Part shown: positions 62,105 through 64,000 of the stretch, piece after piece
Layout: every line of letters starts with the position of its first letter
How positions within the stretch are numbered: the stretch's first letter is position 1
Assembly: GCA_051362555.1 (NCBI GenBank)
Contig: CM120645.1
Span: 1,488,001-1,552,000 of the forward strand
Direction of reading: 5' to 3'
Length of the DNA: 64,000 nucleotides
Origin: Lingula anatina
Taxonomy: Eukaryota; Animalia; Brachiopoda
The notes under the pieces: generated by a model
What the model saw: only the letters and a program-made list of their open reading frames with translations
Databases searched by the model: none
Told to the model about the DNA's origin: nothing
Translations under genes and position numbers: made by a program

Positions 62105-63680
62105 GGGGGCAGGGGATTTGAGTATCCATACCTCCATACAGATTCAGGTGTTTTCTTCCAGTATTTTTCCATCTCTGCAGTCATAATTACATCAGTTTTC
62201 ACATACTCTTTCAAATCTGGAAAAAAAAAAGAAATGGATATTAACAAAAAGAATTCCCTTAAACAAACAATCCAATAGATCTGGTCTAAAAAGCATTAAT
62301 TTACATTATTATTATCATCATTATCTATTATGCTTTCACAGCCAAAGCTAACACAGTAGTACTTTCTAAAAAACAATGTTTGTTAATCAATGATACTTTG
62401 GTGAAATGAAATACTGTAGTTGCTAGGTTATCATTCATTCTTGGAAAAATATTATAATTTACATAACAAACACCAAAACTACCAAAAATTCCCAGGACTG
62501 AAAAAAACTGAATTCCTTACCATTATTACTAGTAACACTGGATGAATGGAGAAAACTTTCCAAGTCTTTTACATTGTCAATAGCCTCTACCTCCTGTAGA
62601 TACTTGTCTGGGTCCTTGAAAGCACCCGGAGCAAACTAAACTCAATGCAAAATGTGTTAAGTGAGATTTGAATGCCTTTGGAGCAAACTATAAACACAAC
62701 ACAAAATGTGTTAGGTGAGATTTAAATGCTTCAGTGTAAAGCTTATCAAAGCACATACAGAATTCATTATACACATGAATTTCTGTTATTTACCTTGACT
62801 GTGGAGTCCACGGAAGAAAAGCTTCCATATCTCTGGCAGATCTCCTCTGTCTTATTAATAAGCTTTGCCTTCAGGTCCAAGCGATGATAAGTAGAGTGTT
62901 GCCCTGATGTAGTACCTGCTTTCTGGAAAGATTTTATAACAGTGAGACTATTTTACAGTGTATTTTATATATGTTTACAATATCCCCTGTACTAAAAGCC
63001 AGTTCCAAGCAATATCAGTATTTCTTTCAGACAGGACACAAAACCACCACCAGATTGCCTTCTGACATCAAACATATGACAATATATGTAAGTTTAACTT
63101 CATTTTTATTTTTACACATTTAATTTTTAGCAAACACTCTCTTTATTGTTATCACAAAACCAAAAAATATGTAGCATGTGGCTGAGTGTGACAGAGTATT
63201 CGGTCTCTTTGTCCTCTACATGTGGCCTTTTGGCAATGGAATCTTTTATGTCATAAAATGTATGAAACTCTATGTACACTCAGTGTGTTAGATACAGCAG
63301 TGGGCCCCAAGTGCCACATATTTACAGGGATAATAACTCTTGGTAAGAGATTATTACAAAAAAAAATTAGATAAAACTCAGGCACTAACTTTAATGTAAA
63401 AATGGATTCATTAACCATTGGTAAGTATGGGAAAATTGTTGTTTACTCCAAGAAAATCCATATTTTAGGCAAAACAAACAGTTATTACCCCTTTAAGATT
63501 CTGGAAATAACAACTCACCTCTTCTGGTATTTTCTGCAACATGTCCATATCAAACAGTACAAGACCCACTGTGTATTGACCTTTGGACCCTGGCAGAGGC
63601 TTGTAGAAGTATGTGGCATTTAGTTTATAGTTGACTGCACCATCAAACTTGCTGCTGCCCCGAGACACAGGAAGATTCAC
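27234..63680 (-). CDS. Giant CACHD1/alpha2delta-like type I membrane protein (5'-partial; 53 exons, 2741 aa in the window)
   Basis: All 53 exons traced with GT-AG boundaries and consistent phases; summed length 8226 nt = 2742 codons including the stop. The N-terminal part is collinear with CACHD1 motifs as I recall them, followed by 7 modules, mucin stalk, TM and tail. Confidence 0.88.
27868..28084. mobile_element. MITE in the last intron
   Basis: Perfect 34-bp TIR cccctttacactggacggcgtcctttctgcgtcc; the right end continues gccc-TTA (Harbinger-like), the left terminus is eroded. Confidence 0.85.
28595..28693. mobile_element. Small foldback element with CCTATAG repeats (relative at 57117-57175)
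   Basis: cccttacgaaaaagtcctataggatcctata ... ctataggatctataagacttttcatttggg. Confidence 0.6.
28714..30976 (-). CDS. CACHD1-like gene: Ser/Thr/Pro-rich mucin-like stalk exons
   Basis: Exons 30976-30313, 30075-29956, 29624-29589, 29347-29285, 28944-28714; in frame, STPG-rich, with one small two-Cys segment in the last exon. Confidence 0.85.
31342..36041 (-). CDS. CACHD1-like gene: repeat module 7 (PSI-like plus 2 SEA-like)
   Basis: Exons 36041-35946, 32997-32844, 32501-32341, 32035-31897, 31511-31342; phases 2-2-0-2-0-2. Confidence 0.85.
33118..36014. repeat. 121-bp minisatellite, about 24 copies, built from an exon 3' end plus splice donor
   Basis: The ctcacc donor complement recurs from 33158 to 35941 at 121-bp spacing; the last unit is the real exon. 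Confidence 0.97.
36239..38347 (-). CDS. CACHD1-like gene: repeat module 6
   Basis: Exons 38347-38252, 38057-37910, 37655-37498, 37127-36968, 36432-36239. Confidence 0.87.
38637..40529 (-). CDS. CACHD1-like gene: repeat module 5
   Basis: Exons 40529-40434, 39962-39818, 39585-39425, 39228-39069, 38836-38637. Confidence 0.87.
38883..39043. repeat. 22-bp minisatellite (tattgtgttggatgtgacagta)
   Basis: About 7 copies, 4-5 of them well conserved. Confidence 0.9.
39973..40039. repeat. (AAT)n microsatellite
   Basis: Directly visible; abuts the acceptor of exon 39962. Confidence 0.97.
40761..40802. repeat. (GA)n microsatellite
   Basis: Directly visible. Confidence 0.97.
40824..42892 (-). CDS. CACHD1-like gene: repeat module 4
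   Basis: Exons 42892-42797, 42365-42215, 41944-41787, 41559-41397, 41014-40824. Confidence 0.87.
43234..45656 (-). CDS. CACHD1-like gene: repeat module 3
   Basis: Exons 45656-45561, 45175-45025, 44824-44655, 44361-44199, 43421-43234. Confidence 0.87.
43521..43690. mobile_element. hAT-like MITE
   Basis: TIR caggggcagat ... atctgcccctg with internal ggaagac repeats; TSD not conserved. Confidence 0.55.
44830..44882. repeat. (ATATA)n microsatellite
   Basis: Directly visible; abuts the acceptor of exon 44824. Confidence 0.97.
46049..48770 (-). CDS. CACHD1-like gene: repeat module 2
   Basis: Exons 48770-48675, 47924-47771, 47417-47227, 46698-46533, 46242-46049. Confidence 0.87.
48117..48650. 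repeat. Pure-purine (GA)n/(GGGA)n tract of about 530 bp
   Basis: Only G and A on the plus strand; intronic. Confidence 0.98.
50850..51017. mobile_element. hAT-like MITE (168 bp) flanked by an 18-bp direct repeat
   Basis: Perfect 15-bp TIR caggcccgtagccag; cattatgtatttagtaga at 50832-50849 and 51018-51035. Confidence 0.9.
51281..51321. repeat. (TG)n microsatellite
   Basis: Directly visible, interrupted by TA. Confidence 0.9.
52943..53395 (+). CDS. Nested antisense gene, coding exon 1 (uncharacterised protein, 337 aa in total)
   Basis: aaaATGCCT start downstream of an acceptor (tttttcctttcag, 52807); 151 codons; donor TCG|gtaagt, phase 0. Confidence 0.85.
53726..54286 (+). CDS. Nested antisense gene, coding exon 2 (degenerate PLD/HKD-like domain)
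   Basis: Acceptor ctctctctacttcag|GCA in frame with ORF 53822-54286; ITVASPVLD and FNCRFIG...AEVMVTSAGF resemble PLD-fold motifs. Candidate AATAAA at 55535. Confidence 0.85.
   Translation, partial: ATSLLENLPDTGAIQNGAGSIYSLWKTLLDRWMGFGGTITVASPVLDPERFMDLILLMIKNDREGFTLKLVTSERCDGEHSLKHTKMVARDLLKKLKTTGKRRRLVTDEKIDWAYKHIETKTTIFNCRFIGMSTPHKAEVMVTSAGFIRRYFHNDLKDSISFFRLTPSEYRTNYIDPLGIEQKTSF
56010..58028 (-). CDS. CACHD1-like gene: repeat module 1
   Basis: Exons 58028-57936, 57741-57585, 57410-57250, 56899-56743, 56203-56010. Confidence 0.87.
58380..63680 (-). CDS. CACHD1-like gene: C-terminal dCache and Cys-rich region
   Basis: Exons 63680-63519, 62922-62794, 62635-62521, 62216-62132, 61865-61671, 61266-61120, 60973-60859, 60397-60206, 59163-59107, 58795-58714, 58461-58380. 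Motifs YHRLD, FAPGAFKDP, WRYIGTETGVFRVFPG...YNPVEHAWY, CSLLDDSGY, VNGTNTFL and CQCPCSC parallel CACHD1. Confidence 0.9.
59388..60247. repeat. 64-bp minisatellite, about 13.4 copies, built from an exon 3' end plus splice donor
   Basis: Unit = last 42 nt of exon 60397-60206 plus the first 22 nt of the intron; 13 ctcacccctc donor copies. Confidence 0.97.
62048..62101. repeat. (GA)n microsatellite
   Basis: Directly visible. Confidence 0.97.
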
Positions 63681-63685
63681 CTGAA

Positions 63686-63925
63686 AATGTGATATTGTGT
63701 TAGATGTGATAGAGCACAATCTGTGATACTGTCAGAATGTTATTGTGTTAGATAGATATGGTAGAGCACAATCTGTGATACTGTGTCAGAATGTTATTGT
63801 GTTAGATGTGATAGAGCACAATCTGTGATACTGTCAGAATGTTATTGTGTTAGATGTGATAGAGCACAATCTGTGAAATTGTTAAAATGTTATTGTGTTA
63901 GATAGATATGGTAGAGCAGAATGTT
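63686..63925. repeat. 48-55-bp minisatellite, about 4.5 copies, abutting a splice acceptor
   Basis: Unit tattgtgttagatgtgatagagcacaatctgtgatactgtcagaatgt, with two alternating variants. Confidence 0.92.
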
Positions 63926-64000
63926 TAGTTCACCATTTCATCAAATAAAATTATACTGTTGCCTAAAAAACTTGCCAGTCCACTTGTATATAGAGTAGAG

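Overview
AT-rich, intron-containing genomic DNA from an invertebrate animal (lophotrochozoan-like is my inference; not prokaryotic, no CRISPR, rRNA or tRNA seen). I reconstructed three genes by hand, checking GT-AG sites and intron phases. (1) A minus-strand NLR (ATG 14916, stop 3878, about 1187-1222 aa): DZIP3-type HEPN domain with an intact R-x5-H motif, a Ser/basic linker, then NACHT and LRR in one 2.7-kb exon. (2) The 3' part of a very large minus-strand CACHD1/alpha2delta-like type I membrane protein (53 phase-consistent exons, 63680 to 27234, 2741 aa in the window, 5' end beyond 64000). Its Cache region is followed by seven 5-exon modules (PSI-like Cys knot plus two SEA/ferredoxin-like domains), a mucin stalk, a TM helix and a Ser-rich tail. 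(3) A 337-aa plus-strand gene nested in a 7.2-kb intron of gene 2, with a degenerate PLD/HKD-like C-terminus. Unusual extras: two minisatellites made of the gene's own exon end plus 5' splice site (24 and 13 donor copies), several smaller splice-site duplications, an inverted 93%-identical orphan copy of one exon 43 kb away, and an orphan VWD exon. Mobile elements include Penelope and hAT relics and several MITEs with clear TIRs and TSDs. Family and domain calls come from motif recall, not database searches.
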